Shown in pieces: positions 28,670-38,825 of a DNA stretch of 64,000 nucleotides. Each line of letters starts with the position of its first letter. Position 1 is the stretch's first letter. The stretch spans positions 768,001 to 832,000 of the forward strand of contig JBGANV010000001.1 of assembly GCA_044222185.1 (NCBI GenBank), in the 5' to 3' direction. A program made the position numbers and the translations under genes. This DNA comes from Planctomycetota bacterium. GTDB taxonomy: Bacteria; Planctomycetota; GCA-002687715; CAIWVZ01. The notes beneath the pieces were generated by a model. The model saw nothing but the letters and a program-made list of their open reading frames with translations, was not told the origin of the DNA and searched no databases.

Positions 28670-29170
28670 TCAACCTCTCTGGCGCCGAGTTCCGGCAGCC
28701 TTCTTGGCGGCCCGTGACCTTCCGCGCGCGCCCTTGGTACGGGCGGCGTCTCGAGCGGCCGCGGACCGTTCAGAGGGCGGCCGTTTCCTGGCTGCGGCGC
28801 GCGCATGACGCGCGAGTGCAGTGGGCGAGCCCGCCTTGGTGGATTCCCTCTTCAGGGCCTGCAGGCTCGCACGGGACCGGGTCGCTGACGGCTCCGCCCG
28901 CGACCCACCGAGACCTGCTCCATCGACCTGGTCGTCGCTGCGCCGCGCTCGGGCAGACTTCCTGCCCGCGCCCGGCAGGGGAAGTCCTACGCCGGCACGA
29001 CGTGCCTTCGAGAGTCCGATGGCGATGGCCTGCTCCGTCGATCGCGCGCCGTGCTTGCCTTCCCGCAGGTGGTGGATCTCCTCGCGAACGAACTCGCCAG
29101 CCTGGGAGCTTGGCGATTTCCCCTTCCGCTTGGCCTTCTTGGCTGCATCGAGGGTCTTCTTGTCCGGCAT
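28670..29170 (-). CDS. Basic Lys/Arg/Ala-rich protein, DUF6496-like
   Basis: AGGAG RBS; QAGEFVREEIHH...GKHGARS..QAIAIGLSKARRAG; tail SRAAKKAA. Confidence 0.85.
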   Translation of the reverse strand: MPDKKTLDAAKKAKRKGKSPSSQAGEFVREEIHHLREGKHGARSTEQAIAIGLSKARRAGVGLPLPGAGRKSARARRSDDQVDGAGLGGSRAEPSATRSRASLQALKRESTKAGSPTALARHARAAARKRPPSERSAAARDAARTKGARGRSRAAKKAAGTRRQRG

Positions 29171-29657
29171 GTGTGACTCCTGTCGCAAACGGGGGCGGGG
29201 CGCCGCGAGCGGGCGACACGTCGCAGACCGCGTGCCGTGCAACTCGTCTCGTTCCGTCGGGAGAGACGACGCACGCAAGACGGCGTCCGCCGTGGCTCAC
29301 AACCCATGAGTGCGACAGCCAGTTGCCGAGTTCGAGCCGCCGGGCCGGCGGCGCGCCGCGCTGCGACGGCGCCGCACGCGCTCAGGCTGCTCGTGCGGCG
29401 ATCGGGAGAATGGGGCATGTACCTGCGGTCTACGAGCGCCATCGCCACCCCGCTCGCGGTTCCGCCGAGACGCACGGCCGAGGCGAAGCCTCCCATCCGC
29501 TCGCCGAGCCAGGAGGCGTTGGCCGACTCGACGAGTCCACGCGGAGGCGGCGCGCCCGATCGACTGCAACCGCCGAAATCGGCGGTGCCCAAAGGCGGTC
29601 GATGAAGTGGATCGAGCGGACGGCGCGTCCGGTGTGCGCCGCCGCAGACGTGAAGCC

Positions 29658-30740
29658 CTACGATCCGATGACGGAAAGCACGCCGTTCGTGATCTGGACG
29701 CCGCCGAGCGGGCCGCCTGCTGCGAGGATCGCTGCCTGCGTGATGAACTCGAATCCGCAGCGGTTCACTTCGGATGCGAAGGGCACTGTGACCGTGAATG
29801 TGCCGCTGGCGTCAGTCGTGAACGGTGCCTGCAGGACGAGGAGTGCGAGGTCCACGAAGACGAAGCAGCCCGACCCGAGGGGAAGGGGCGGTGCCGTGGG
29901 GAAGCTGCCGAACAGGATGCCCTGGGCGTTCGGCGCCGCGCTCGTGATCGACACGGTGACGAGCGATCCCTGGATCAGGGGCGTGTTGGTCAGGGTCGGA
30001 ACTGGACTGACGCCGCACCCTGCACCGAGGATCGTCACGGTGGCAGCCGTGGGGCAGACGGCGCATTGCGCGGAAGCCGTGCCTGAATAGGACCCGGTGA
30101 AATTCGACCCGCCGCCGCCGCGCGCACCTCCGACCACGGCCGCCGTGAAATTCTCTGGCGTTCCAGCGTGATGTGAATTCGTGTAGGGGTTCAGGGCGCT
30201 TCCGTCGATGGGTTTCACCCCGACGGCGTTGGGGTCCGTTGTGAACGTCGTGTAGACGGCCGCGGCCCATTTCCATTGGAACGTCAGTCCGGTCTGCGAT
30301 GCGCTGAACTGGCCGGTCCAGGTCACCGGGTTGATTCCGCCTGGGAGCGCCTGGAGGACGGGAACCCCCGCGCCGGTGAGGAACACGTTCCCGCCATAGG
30401 CGAGTGGGACGGTCGTCTGCCAGCGGCCGTTGACGAACACGGTGGAGGCAGAAGTCGCCGAGCCCGAGAACGTGATCACGGCAGATGGAAGGGCGAACTG
30501 GACCGGAGTTCCTCCCACATCCAGCGTCACCGATGCGCCGTTGAAGCTGACCGTCGTCTCAGTGCTGATTCCACTCACGTTGACGATGCTGTTGAACCAG
30601 ATCGTTCGCCCGGCCGGAATGGCCGTGCCGTTGAAGTTCGAGTTGATCGTGGTCGGGTTCGTCAGGCACAGCTGCCCGACGGACGGTGACGACGACAACA
30701 GAGTGACGAGACTCGACACGACGACGATGAAACTCCGCAT
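29658..30740 (-). CDS. Secreted protein with C-terminal Q-A...TNG...IG module
   Basis: Signal peptide; Gly/Thr-rich beta domain (SNFNGTAI, WKWAAAVY, GGARGGGGSNFTGSYS); C-terminal TQAAILAAGGPLGGVQITNGVLSVIGS. Confidence 0.88.
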   Translation of the reverse strand: MRSFIVVVSSLVTLLSSSPSVGQLCLTNPTTINSNFNGTAIPAGRTIWFNSIVNVSGISTETTVSFNGASVTLDVGGTPVQFALPSAVITFSGSATSASTVFVNGRWQTTVPLAYGGNVFLTGAGVPVLQALPGGINPVTWTGQFSASQTGLTFQWKWAAAVYTTFTTDPNAVGVKPIDGSALNPYTNSHHAGTPENFTAAVVGGARGGGGSNFTGSYSGTASAQCAVCPTAATVTILGAGCGVSPVPTLTNTPLIQGSLVTVSITSAAPNAQGILFGSFPTAPPLPLGSGCFVFVDLALLVLQAPFTTDASGTFTVTVPFASEVNRCGFEFITQAAILAAGGPLGGVQITNGVLSVIGS

Positions 30741-31149
30741 CTTGGATCTCGCAGGTTGGGGGAACTCGGGATACGTGGTCTGGGCAACGATGACCGCGTG
30801 CGGCCGCCGTTTGCGGCGTGGGTTGCACGAGCGGCGAGGATCTTACACGCGATCGCGGCCGCCCGCCGCCTCGATCGAAGCCAAGAAGTCGCAGGCGTGA
30901 GCCTGGGCTGTTGCCGCGGTCCGTCTGCACCCGTGGCATCCGTCGAGGGGGTGGTTCGACGGATGGAACGCGGGCGTTCCTTGGCAAATCACCTCGCCGC
31001 GACGACACCGTCGCTCAGGGCCGTGCGCCAGTGTTCCTGCCGCTGCACGGATTCTTCGAGCGCGATGATGCCGATGTGGCCGCAACGAGTCGGAGCCGGA
31101 TGCGATGAAGACCCGTGGAGGATGGGGTCCATTCCAGCGAGGTGATCGA

Positions 31150-31752
31150 ATGATCCGGCTTCTTTCAAAGGCTGCGTTGGTGAGTGTGATCGGTGTCGTG
31201 TCGTTGGGACTTGGAGCGTTCGCCGAGACGCGCGACTGTGGTCGTCCACAGGAAGCAACGACGCGCGATCGCGCGGTTTCGGACACCCGGCCGTCGATCG
31301 AGATGAGCAACGACGACGTCGGGCTCCGCCACCTGAGGAAGGCCCGAGTGATCGCCGTCGAGAACGACTTTGCGGCGAAGTTCTTCGACCGGAACCGGTT
31401 GCCAGGGGCGTTTGCTCAGAACCTGCAGGCGATCGGAGTCACCGCACTGGACGAGGAGGCTTGGGCCAAAGAGGTCCGTGAACATGGAACCTGTCCCACG
31501 ATCCAACTCGCCGTCGACATCTACAACGACGGGGATCACTCGAAACCAATCGTGTTCACGATCGACATCAGAGTCATCGAATTCATCACCGTCCCGAGGG
31601 TCGGGGAGTCTCGCTTCGGGGCGTATGTCTGGCAATCGTCGACGACGGGCAGCGCCACCGGCAAGGCGAACGACATCCTGCGCGAGATTGGCCGGGTGAT
31701 GAACGAACAGATCGCGCTCTTCGGTCGCGCTTGGGCGAAGGAGAACGGCTGA
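31150..31752 (+). CDS. Secreted hypothetical protein
   Basis: GAGGTG upstream of ATG 31150, signal peptide, natural composition. Confidence 0.75.
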   Translation: MIRLLSKAALVSVIGVVSLGLGAFAETRDCGRPQEATTRDRAVSDTRPSIEMSNDDVGLRHLRKARVIAVENDFAAKFFDRNRLPGAFAQNLQAIGVTALDEEAWAKEVREHGTCPTIQLAVDIYNDGDHSKPIVFTIDIRVIEFITVPRVGESRFGAYVWQSSTTGSATGKANDILREIGRVMNEQIALFGRAWAKENG

Positions 31753-31932
31753 TCGAGCGGAGGCCGACCGTCGCAACGGGGTCGATGCCCGGAGGAACCT
31801 GGGCCGGCATTGGCGACGGGTGAGTGACCCGAGTGAACCCGCGCCGACCTCGTCGTCGATCGCGAGGCGTCGTCTTCGTCGCAAGGACGCGGCGCGCGCC
31901 GCCTGGAGGAGACGCGGCCCGCTTCGCGACGC

Positions 31933-32160
31933 AGGAACGCTGCTGGCGTGTGTTTTTACGAGCACCTCGCCGACGATCCGGTCGCTCTGCGCGAGATGCC
32001 CCGGTGGGTGGATCGGGACATCTTCGACGACGTCGGCTGCTTGCTCGAGAGGCGGCTGACGCCGGACCAGTTCAAGCGTCTCGCGCGAAGCTTCGGCCAG
32101 CGTCGATCCGAACTTGGCTCGGGACGCGCGGTCGGCGGCACTCCGAAGCCGCGGGAGTAG
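31933..32160 (+). pseudogene. Possible gene fragment (NAAGVCFYEHL...EMPRWV)
   Basis: Protein-like stretch with no convincing N-terminus. Confidence 0.35.
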
Positions 32161-32285
32161 TCTTGTCGTCGTGCGACGCAGGGCCAAACGCGGGGGCACG
32201 CTTCATTCCGGAGCCAGCGCCGTCCCGCCGACTCTCATCGTCGCGGGTCGACGCGGCCGTCTCGCTGTCAGCCATGGAGAGATCG

Positions 32286-32816
32286 ATGCACGGTTTGCGG
32301 ATCGTGGTGACTTGCGTCTTGGGCGCAGTGACGTTCGGGATCATTCACGATCAGGTCACGGCGAGGGTCTGCATCGAGTACTTCACCGTCGGACACCCGC
32401 GGATCCTGGACTCCGATGATCCGACACTCCTGGCGCTCGTCTGGGGATTCCTCGCGACCTGGTGGGTGGGCATCCTCCTCGGGGTGTCTCTCGCACTCGC
32501 CGCACGAAACGGACCGCGGCCCAAGGTCGATTCGGCGGCGCTGGTCCGTCCTGTCGCAGGGGTCCTCGCGGTCACGGCGGTCGGCGCGCTCCTCGCCGGA
32601 CTCGCGGGATGGTTCGGGGCTGAGCGCGGTCTCGTCGTGCTCCCGATGCCGCTCGGGGAGCGAGTTCCTCCGGGGCGTCACGTCGCGTTCGTGGCGGACC
32701 TCTGGGCCCACGGGGCCAGCTATGCGTTGGGTTTCATCGGAGGAGGCTTTCTGGTCGTCAGGACATGGCGCTCGCGAATCCGCGCGACTCCGCAGATCCG
32801 TCGCCCGAGCGGCTGA
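32286..32816 (+). CDS. Hypothetical membrane protein
   Basis: GGAG RBS; GIIHDQVT...EYFT..H, WGFLATWWVG, HGASY; 4 TM helices. Confidence 0.82.
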   Translation: MHGLRIVVTCVLGAVTFGIIHDQVTARVCIEYFTVGHPRILDSDDPTLLALVWGFLATWWVGILLGVSLALAARNGPRPKVDSAALVRPVAGVLAVTAVGALLAGLAGWFGAERGLVVLPMPLGERVPPGRHVAFVADLWAHGASYALGFIGGGFLVVRTWRSRIRATPQIRRPSG

Positions 32817-32913
32817 TTCCGCGACGTCGGGTTCGCGCGCCTTGGCTGTGCGCCATTCGTGGCGATTTCGCGATTCGGGCGGGCGAGGCAGTCCTCCGTA
32901 AGATGCGAGGCTC

Positions 32914-33828
32914 ATGACGCGGCGACGATGGTCCTACCTGGCTCTCGCGGGCGTGGTGGCGGCTGCGGTTGCCGCATCGCGCCTTCGGTATTGGGACGGA
33001 CTCGAACCGAGTCGACTGGGTGCATCGGAGCGACTTCCCGTGGCGTCCGCGCGAGCGCTTCGCGCCGCACTCCAAGCTCGCGACCGAGAGCGCGTGTTCG
33101 TGCAGCCCGGGGCGCGACTCGCGCGCGGCGCGCGCCGGTACGAGTTCCGTGAGGGGCCGGTCGGCGACACGACGGTGATGATCGACGCCGGCGGCTCGGT
33201 CGTCGGCATCTTCAGGGCTCGGGTCATCCTCTGGTTCGTCGATGACCGGCGATTGCTCGTGGAATCGCTGGGCCTCGCGCCCGCGCCCGGAGCCGATTCG
33301 GCCTGGGTGACGTTCCAACTCGTCGACATCGAGCGCCTGAAAGGGATCGACGACGTCACCGCGGTCGTCGGAAGTCGGGGCCCGGGCGAGCCGCTCGCCA
33401 TGTTCGACGCTGGGCCGATCGAATCGGTCAGCGTCCCTGACCAGCCGGTCGCGGAGCGACTGAAGGGGCCAGTGCGGATTCCGGTGCCCAGGGCTTTCTC
33501 CGAGTTGGAGCCCGTGTTTCGCTTCGATCCGTATTGGACGCGGGCAACGGAGCCGAACACCGGGCGACGCACCGTCACCTGGCTCATCGTCGTCGATTCC
33601 AAAGCCGCGACCAGCGAGTTCCGCCCGCAGTTCTGGTGGACGAAGCCTGCCCGGGATTTCGACGTGCTTGCGTCCCAGGCCGCGAGGGACGTTCCCGAGC
33701 CGGACTACCTGGCCGTCTTCGTCCCCGAGCTGAAGCGCGTGGGCGGTTCCGGTTGGAGGATGCGGCCGTTCCTCCTCGATGAAGCCGGCCGCGAACTCGC
33801 GGGCTGGGCCGCACCGGATGACGAGTGA
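32914..33828 (+). CDS. Hypothetical protein with N-terminal anchor/signal
   Basis: GAGG upstream, hydrophobic N-terminus, 304 aa with natural composition. Confidence 0.65.
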   Translation: MTRRRWSYLALAGVVAAAVAASRLRYWDGLEPSRLGASERLPVASARALRAALQARDRERVFVQPGARLARGARRYEFREGPVGDTTVMIDAGGSVVGIFRARVILWFVDDRRLLVESLGLAPAPGADSAWVTFQLVDIERLKGIDDVTAVVGSRGPGEPLAMFDAGPIESVSVPDQPVAERLKGPVRIPVPRAFSELEPVFRFDPYWTRATEPNTGRRTVTWLIVVDSKAATSEFRPQFWWTKPARDFDVLASQAARDVPEPDYLAVFVPELKRVGGSGWRMRPFLLDEAGRELAGWAAPDDE

Positions 33829-34111
33829 CGCCAGGTGATCGGCGTCGGGTGGATTCTGAGATTCCCGGCGAACGACGAGCACCTCGCGATTGCGAAGGGC
33901 GTGGCGGATCTCAGTGTCTCGGGCGCGTTTTCGATGGCCGGGCCGGTCCCGCACGAAAATCGTGGACGGACGCAGGCAGGTCTTTAGACTCTGCCGACCG
34001 TCGAGGCTCGCTGCCGGATCCATTGCGGAAAGCCTCAGGTACGCGGGCGCCGCTGAGGCGAGTCGGAACTGACAACTTCGTGCGCAGCGGTTCGAAACCA
34101 GGAGGTCGGAC

Positions 34112-35692
34112 GTGATCGGACGGGCGCAGCTTCACAGCTTCATCCTGATCCTGGCGATCGCTACAGGAACGTTCGCGCAGACGTACTGCATTCCCGCCTC
34201 GACCAACTACAGTTGCAGCGCTGGCGACGAGTACATCCAAAACGTCACGATCGGCTCCCTCAACAACTCGTCACCGTGCGGACCACCGCCGGGATACGAG
34301 GACTTCACGACGACCGTCCCGCCGGTGGTGCTCGCTCCAGGGACGTCCGTGCCCATCTCCGTCACCGTCGGATCGTTCTGGACAGGGGACCGGGTGGCAG
34401 TTTTCCTGGACGTCGACGGCGACCGCACGTTCCAGGTGTCGGAGCTCCTGGCGATCCTCACCACCAGCGTCGCCGGAAGCGGCACGGCATCTCAGGTGCT
34501 CGGCGGTAGCGTCGCCATTCCGGCGACGGCGACGCCTGGCTTCACCACGCGACTCCGGCTCCGATTGCTCTTCGGCCCGGTCTTCCTTCCCGATCCCCTC
34601 CTCGCGTGCCAGGCCGCAACGTACGGGAACTGCGAGGACTACCTCGCGACATTCGCCGGAACGTTCGTTCCGCAATATCAGGTCAATCAGGCCGGGGCGG
34701 GATGTGAGATCGACGGCGTGACGGGGATCGCCATCACCCCCGCGATCGTCACGCGCTGTGCCGGGACCGGATTCACCGTTCATCTGAACTCGACCGCCGT
34801 CGGGAACGTTTGGGATCTCGCGATCTCACCGCTGCCGATCGTCCCGGCGACCGGCGGCGGACTGACGCTGGGCAGCGGGCAGATCGTCAACCTCGATCTC
34901 GCGTCGACGGCGCTCGCCTTCGGGGGATTCGTCACGCCATTCGTCCCGGTGAACATCCCGGTCGTCATGAACGCGGCGATCGGTGCGAGTTTCCAGATGG
35001 CCGTGACCTCGCCGTCATCGCCCGACGGGGTCTGGCTGAGTCAAGCGACGCGGCTCACGATCGGGCTGGGCTCCGTGATCCCGGGCCCCTCTGGCGACGA
35101 CGACTTCGTCGCGATTCCCCTCGGCGGCCCTCCGGGTTGCGGGCCGGGCGCGATCACGTTCTACAACACGAACTACTCGACGATGGTGGTCACGTCGAAT
35201 GGTCGGGCGATGTTCGGCGTGGGCAACGCGGGTTACACCCCGTCACCGACGGTTGCAGCAGCCGAGGCACCGAGCGTCGGATGCTGGACGAATTTCAACC
35301 GCCTGCTCGGTGGGTCGATCGACGTTGACTTCTCCGCCCCGGGAATCGTCTCGGTCAACTACACCGGCGTCGCATACTTCGGTCAGCCTGGGACGTCGTC
35401 CACGTATTCCATCGTCTTCGAAACGTCCAGCGGGATCGTGAGGATCAGCAACGTGAGCGGGCTCGGGCAGCAGAGTGCCGGCGGGACGTTGAACATGTGG
35501 CTCGGGATCTCGCCCGGGTATCCGGGTGGCGCCACGAACGCGGGCGCGACGGTCTTCTATCCCGGGGGATCGGGGACTCCCGCGAGCTTCCACCATGAGA
35601 TCTATGGTTTCGGCGCCGCCCCACAGAACGCAGGCTGCAGCGAGATCCTCTTCATCCCGGCTGGCAGCGGATACGTCTGGGCGGCGTCCTGA
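34112..35692 (+). CDS. Secreted GEVED-like domain protein (paralog of 51299-52879)
   Basis: GGAGG RBS with GTG, signal peptide; EYIQNVTIG..NN.S, GYEDFT, FLDVDGDRTF, TRLRLRL, GNCEDY; then YQVNQ module and C-terminal domain. Confidence 0.88.
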   Translation: MIGRAQLHSFILILAIATGTFAQTYCIPASTNYSCSAGDEYIQNVTIGSLNNSSPCGPPPGYEDFTTTVPPVVLAPGTSVPISVTVGSFWTGDRVAVFLDVDGDRTFQVSELLAILTTSVAGSGTASQVLGGSVAIPATATPGFTTRLRLRLLFGPVFLPDPLLACQAATYGNCEDYLATFAGTFVPQYQVNQAGAGCEIDGVTGIAITPAIVTRCAGTGFTVHLNSTAVGNVWDLAISPLPIVPATGGGLTLGSGQIVNLDLASTALAFGGFVTPFVPVNIPVVMNAAIGASFQMAVTSPSSPDGVWLSQATRLTIGLGSVIPGPSGDDDFVAIPLGGPPGCGPGAITFYNTNYSTMVVTSNGRAMFGVGNAGYTPSPTVAAAEAPSVGCWTNFNRLLGGSIDVDFSAPGIVSVNYTGVAYFGQPGTSSTYSIVFETSSGIVRISNVSGLGQQSAGGTLNMWLGISPGYPGGATNAGATVFYPGGSGTPASFHHEIYGFGAAPQNAGCSEILFIPAGSGYVWAAS

Positions 35693-35771
35693 CGTCCCTG
35701 CGCGCCGCCGCACATCGGGTTGATGACGTGACTGCCGTCGCAAGGCGTGTGACCTGCGGGCCTCCGCGACG

Positions 35772-36236
35772 TCACCGGTTCGTTCGGCGACCAAACGGTG
35801 ACGTCGCCCCGTCGACTGCGTCTCTGAAGAGTCGGTAGTGCGTCTTCAACTGGTCGACGTACGACGCGTCGCGGAGTGGGATCGCGCTGACCATCCGGAG
35901 AATCGCGTCTGCGAGGTTGGACTGGTCGCTGGCCATGTTCAGGATCGGGCCCTTCAGCTCGTGTATGACTTCCGGGTCGTCGTCCCGCGCCCACCTGGCG
36001 TAGAACGCATCCGATTCCCAACCGAAGGCGATCACTGCGAGCGGCCGGTCGATGGCCGAGGACACGACCTGGAGGAACACACGCCGGCAGTCACACCCAC
36101 CGTCCGCGCAATACAGTTCGATCAGCGTGTATCGACCCGGCGGAAGGCCGAATTCCGTTCCCCGGCCGATCGGGATGGAACGGGTCTCCCTGCGCGCGAT
36201 CTCGAGGAACAGATCGTGGAATGGTCGGTAGGACAT
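35772..36236 (-). CDS. Hypothetical protein with C-x4-C-x-C motif
   Basis: ETRSI, ELYCADGGCDCRRV, IAFGWES..FY..W, HYRLF. Confidence 0.8.
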   Translation of the reverse strand: MSYRPFHDLFLEIARRETRSIPIGRGTEFGLPPGRYTLIELYCADGGCDCRRVFLQVVSSAIDRPLAVIAFGWESDAFYARWARDDDPEVIHELKGPILNMASDQSNLADAILRMVSAIPLRDASYVDQLKTHYRLFRDAVDGATSPFGRRTNR

Positions 36237-36432
36237 GGCCGCAGGCTAATCGCCGTCGGGTCCCGCGCCCAGAGGATTCCCCGCCATGCCATCCGGAGCG
36301 CCGGGAGACCGACGCCAACCTGACCCCGGGGATGAGCGGCGGGAATCCGTACGATTCCCAAACCGGCTGTCGATCTGGGCCGTCGCCGCTCGACCAGCAG
36401 TGTTCCCTGAATCACGAAACGAGGAGCAACCC

Positions 36433-36798
36433 GTGAAGTACCTGTGCCTGGCGTACGGCGATCAGAAGAAGATGGAGGCGTTGACCAAGGCCGAGTTCGA
36501 GGCGCTCGTCGCCAAGTGTGGCCCCATGGACGAGGAGTTGCGGCGAACCGGCAACGTCCGCATGACCGAGAGCCTGGAATGGGCCACGACGACGATCCGC
36601 ACGCGCGACGGCAAGCAAGTCGTCACCGACGGGCCGTTCGTCGAGTCGAAAGAGAAGGTCGGCGGGCTTTTCATCATCGAGGCCCGTGACATGAACGAGG
36701 CGATTCGCATCGCATCGATGCACCCCGGTGCGCGCCTGGGCGAGGACCGGGGTTGGGCGGTCGAAGTGCGACCGATCGCCAGCGGCTGCCACCAATAG
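36433..36798 (+). CDS. YciI/DGPF family protein
   Basis: GAGGAG RBS with GTG; TDGPFVESKEKVGG.FII, VEVRP. Confidence 0.92.
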   Translation: MKYLCLAYGDQKKMEALTKAEFEALVAKCGPMDEELRRTGNVRMTESLEWATTTIRTRDGKQVVTDGPFVESKEKVGGLFIIEARDMNEAIRIASMHPGARLGEDRGWAVEVRPIASGCHQ

Positions 36799-38043
36799 AT
36801 GGGGGACCATGCCGGGGGTGACTGCGGGGAGACGGTGGAGGCCGTCTACCGTGCCGAGTCGCGGCGCGTCCTCGCTACGCTGATCCGACTGCTTGGGGAT
36901 TTCGATCTGGCCGAGGAAGCGCTGCACGATGCGTTCGCGGCAGCGCTCGAGCAGTGGCCGCGAGACGGAGTGCCGGCGAACCCGCGCGTCTGGCTGGTGT
37001 CCGCCGGGCGATTCAAGGCAGTCGATTCGTTACGCCGGCGGGCGCGCTTCGACGCGTCGCTGTCGGCACTCGCGGACCGGCTGCGCGATCCGCTGGCCCC
37101 GGACGACGAGGGCGAAGTCGCGGACGACCGCCTTCGCCTCGTGTTCATCTGCTGTCATCCGCAGCTTGCGCCGGAGGCCCAGGTCGCATTGACGCTCCGC
37201 GAGGTGTGCGGGCTCACGACGGAGGAGATCGCGAGGGCGTTTCTCGTTGCACCGTCGACGATTGCTCAACGGATCGTCCGCGCGAAGGCCAGGATCCGCG
37301 ACGAACGGATGTCCTACGACCTGCCGCCGCTGGCGGAGTTGCCTCGCCGGCTGGACTCCGTGCTTCGAACCGTCTACCTCGTGTTCAACGAGGGCTGGTG
37401 CGCGTCCTCCGGCGCGGGACCGACGCGGCAGGACCTGTCGGCCGAGGCCATACGATTGGGACGCATCCTGGTCGAGCTGATGCCCGAGCCGGAAGTGGCG
37501 GGGCTTCTCGCTTTGATGCTGCTTCACGACTCACGGCGGGCGGCGCGGACGTCGCCGGCGGGCGAACTCGTTCTTCTCGATGATCAGGACCGCGGTCTAT
37601 GGGACGCAGCTCAGATCGCAGAGGGTGCCGCACTGGTCGAGCGAGCGCTGCGCTCGCAAAGGTTCGGGACGTACACGCTCCAGGCGGCGATCGCCGCCGT
37701 CCATGCCGAAGCTCCGGACGCGGGATCGACGGACTGGCGGCAGATCGTCGGCCTGTACGACGTGCTCGTCCGAGCTGCACCGACCCCCGTCGTCGAACTC
37801 AATCGAGCCATCGCCGTCGCGATGCGGGACGGCCCCGCTGCGGGCCTGACGCTCGTGGATGCGCTGTTGATGCGCGGCGAGCTGACCGACTACCTTCCGG
37901 CGCATGCCGCCCGAGCAGACCTCTGCTTTCGTCTGGGCTGCCGTGCAGATGCGCGCGCATCGTGGACGCGGGCACTCGAACTGGTGCGCCAGGACGCCGA
38001 GCGCCGCTATTTCCAGCGACGGCTCGACGACCTCGACGCCTGA
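36799..38043 (+). CDS. ECF42-type sigma factor with C-terminal extension (DUF6596/TPR)
   Basis: DFDLAEEALHDAF, DDRLRLVFICCHP, YLVFNEG, QDRGLWD, LQAAIAAVHA, LNRA; directly after the DGPF gene, as is typical of ECF42. Confidence 0.93.
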   Translation: MGDHAGGDCGETVEAVYRAESRRVLATLIRLLGDFDLAEEALHDAFAAALEQWPRDGVPANPRVWLVSAGRFKAVDSLRRRARFDASLSALADRLRDPLAPDDEGEVADDRLRLVFICCHPQLAPEAQVALTLREVCGLTTEEIARAFLVAPSTIAQRIVRAKARIRDERMSYDLPPLAELPRRLDSVLRTVYLVFNEGWCASSGAGPTRQDLSAEAIRLGRILVELMPEPEVAGLLALMLLHDSRRAARTSPAGELVLLDDQDRGLWDAAQIAEGAALVERALRSQRFGTYTLQAAIAAVHAEAPDAGSTDWRQIVGLYDVLVRAAPTPVVELNRAIAVAMRDGPAAGLTLVDALLMRGELTDYLPAHAARADLCFRLGCRADARASWTRALELVRQDAERRYFQRRLDDLDA

Positions 38044-38047
38044 TGGC

Positions 38048-38638
38048 TCAGGAGCCCAGGTTCAGATCGTAGGCCTGGCTCACGATCAGCGGTCCACCGC
38101 ACGCGAACGCGTTCGTGATGATCGCGGCCTGCGTGGAGGCGCGGATGCAGGTGTTCGGCGGCAATGGGCCGAGTGGGAAGGTGAAGGTGTAAAGGCCCGC
38201 CGTGCTCGCGTTTCCCTGGACGAGGATGCTCCATGCGCACGTCAGATCGATGTCGACGGATTGGTTCGACGTTCCGCCGCACGCGGTGAATGGGATGAAG
38301 ATCGCGCCGGGGCAGAAGATCGGGAGGGGGAGGAAGCACGGAACGCACGGGCAGGGATCGATGAGGATGATGACCTGCGCACCTGGCGCAGTCGTCACCG
38401 CGATCGTGAACGTGCCGGCGACCGACAAGTCGAAATAGAGAGGCGTGCACGACGTGCTGCCGGACACGCCGCCGGGGCCACCGACCGTGGATGGCGGCCA
38501 ACATGCCGAAGTCCCGATTCCGCAGCCGGCGCACGTCACGGTGAGGTCGTTGATGAACGGGACGCCAGTCGTCTGGCCGCGTACGTCCGGCGCGACGAAG
38601 GCGGCACTGACGACGAGCGCGAGGATCAGGGATCGCAT
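38048..38638 (-). CDS. Secreted Cys-rich protein with C-terminal TQAA...SQA...LG module
   Basis: GGAG RBS, signal peptide, 12 Cys, ends TQAAIITNAFACGGPLIVSQAYDLNLGS. Confidence 0.82.
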   Translation of the reverse strand: MRSLILALVVSAAFVAPDVRGQTTGVPFINDLTVTCAGCGIGTSACWPPSTVGGPGGVSGSTSCTPLYFDLSVAGTFTIAVTTAPGAQVIILIDPCPCVPCFLPLPIFCPGAIFIPFTACGGTSNQSVDIDLTCAWSILVQGNASTAGLYTFTFPLGPLPPNTCIRASTQAAIITNAFACGGPLIVSQAYDLNLGS

Positions 38639-38825
38639 GGCTGAACTCCGTTGGTTGGTGTGCGCTGCCCGATGGAAGGCGAGCAGCGTACCAGACGCAG
38701 GCCGCGGCGCTCGCATCGGTGTTCGGTCGTTCGAGGTGCCGTCAGCGTGTGGTTCCAGCGCGGGCCTCCGCCCCGGCGTCGTCCAGTGACGCAATAAAGC
38801 TCGTCAGCCCGGCGGGTTTCGTCGT

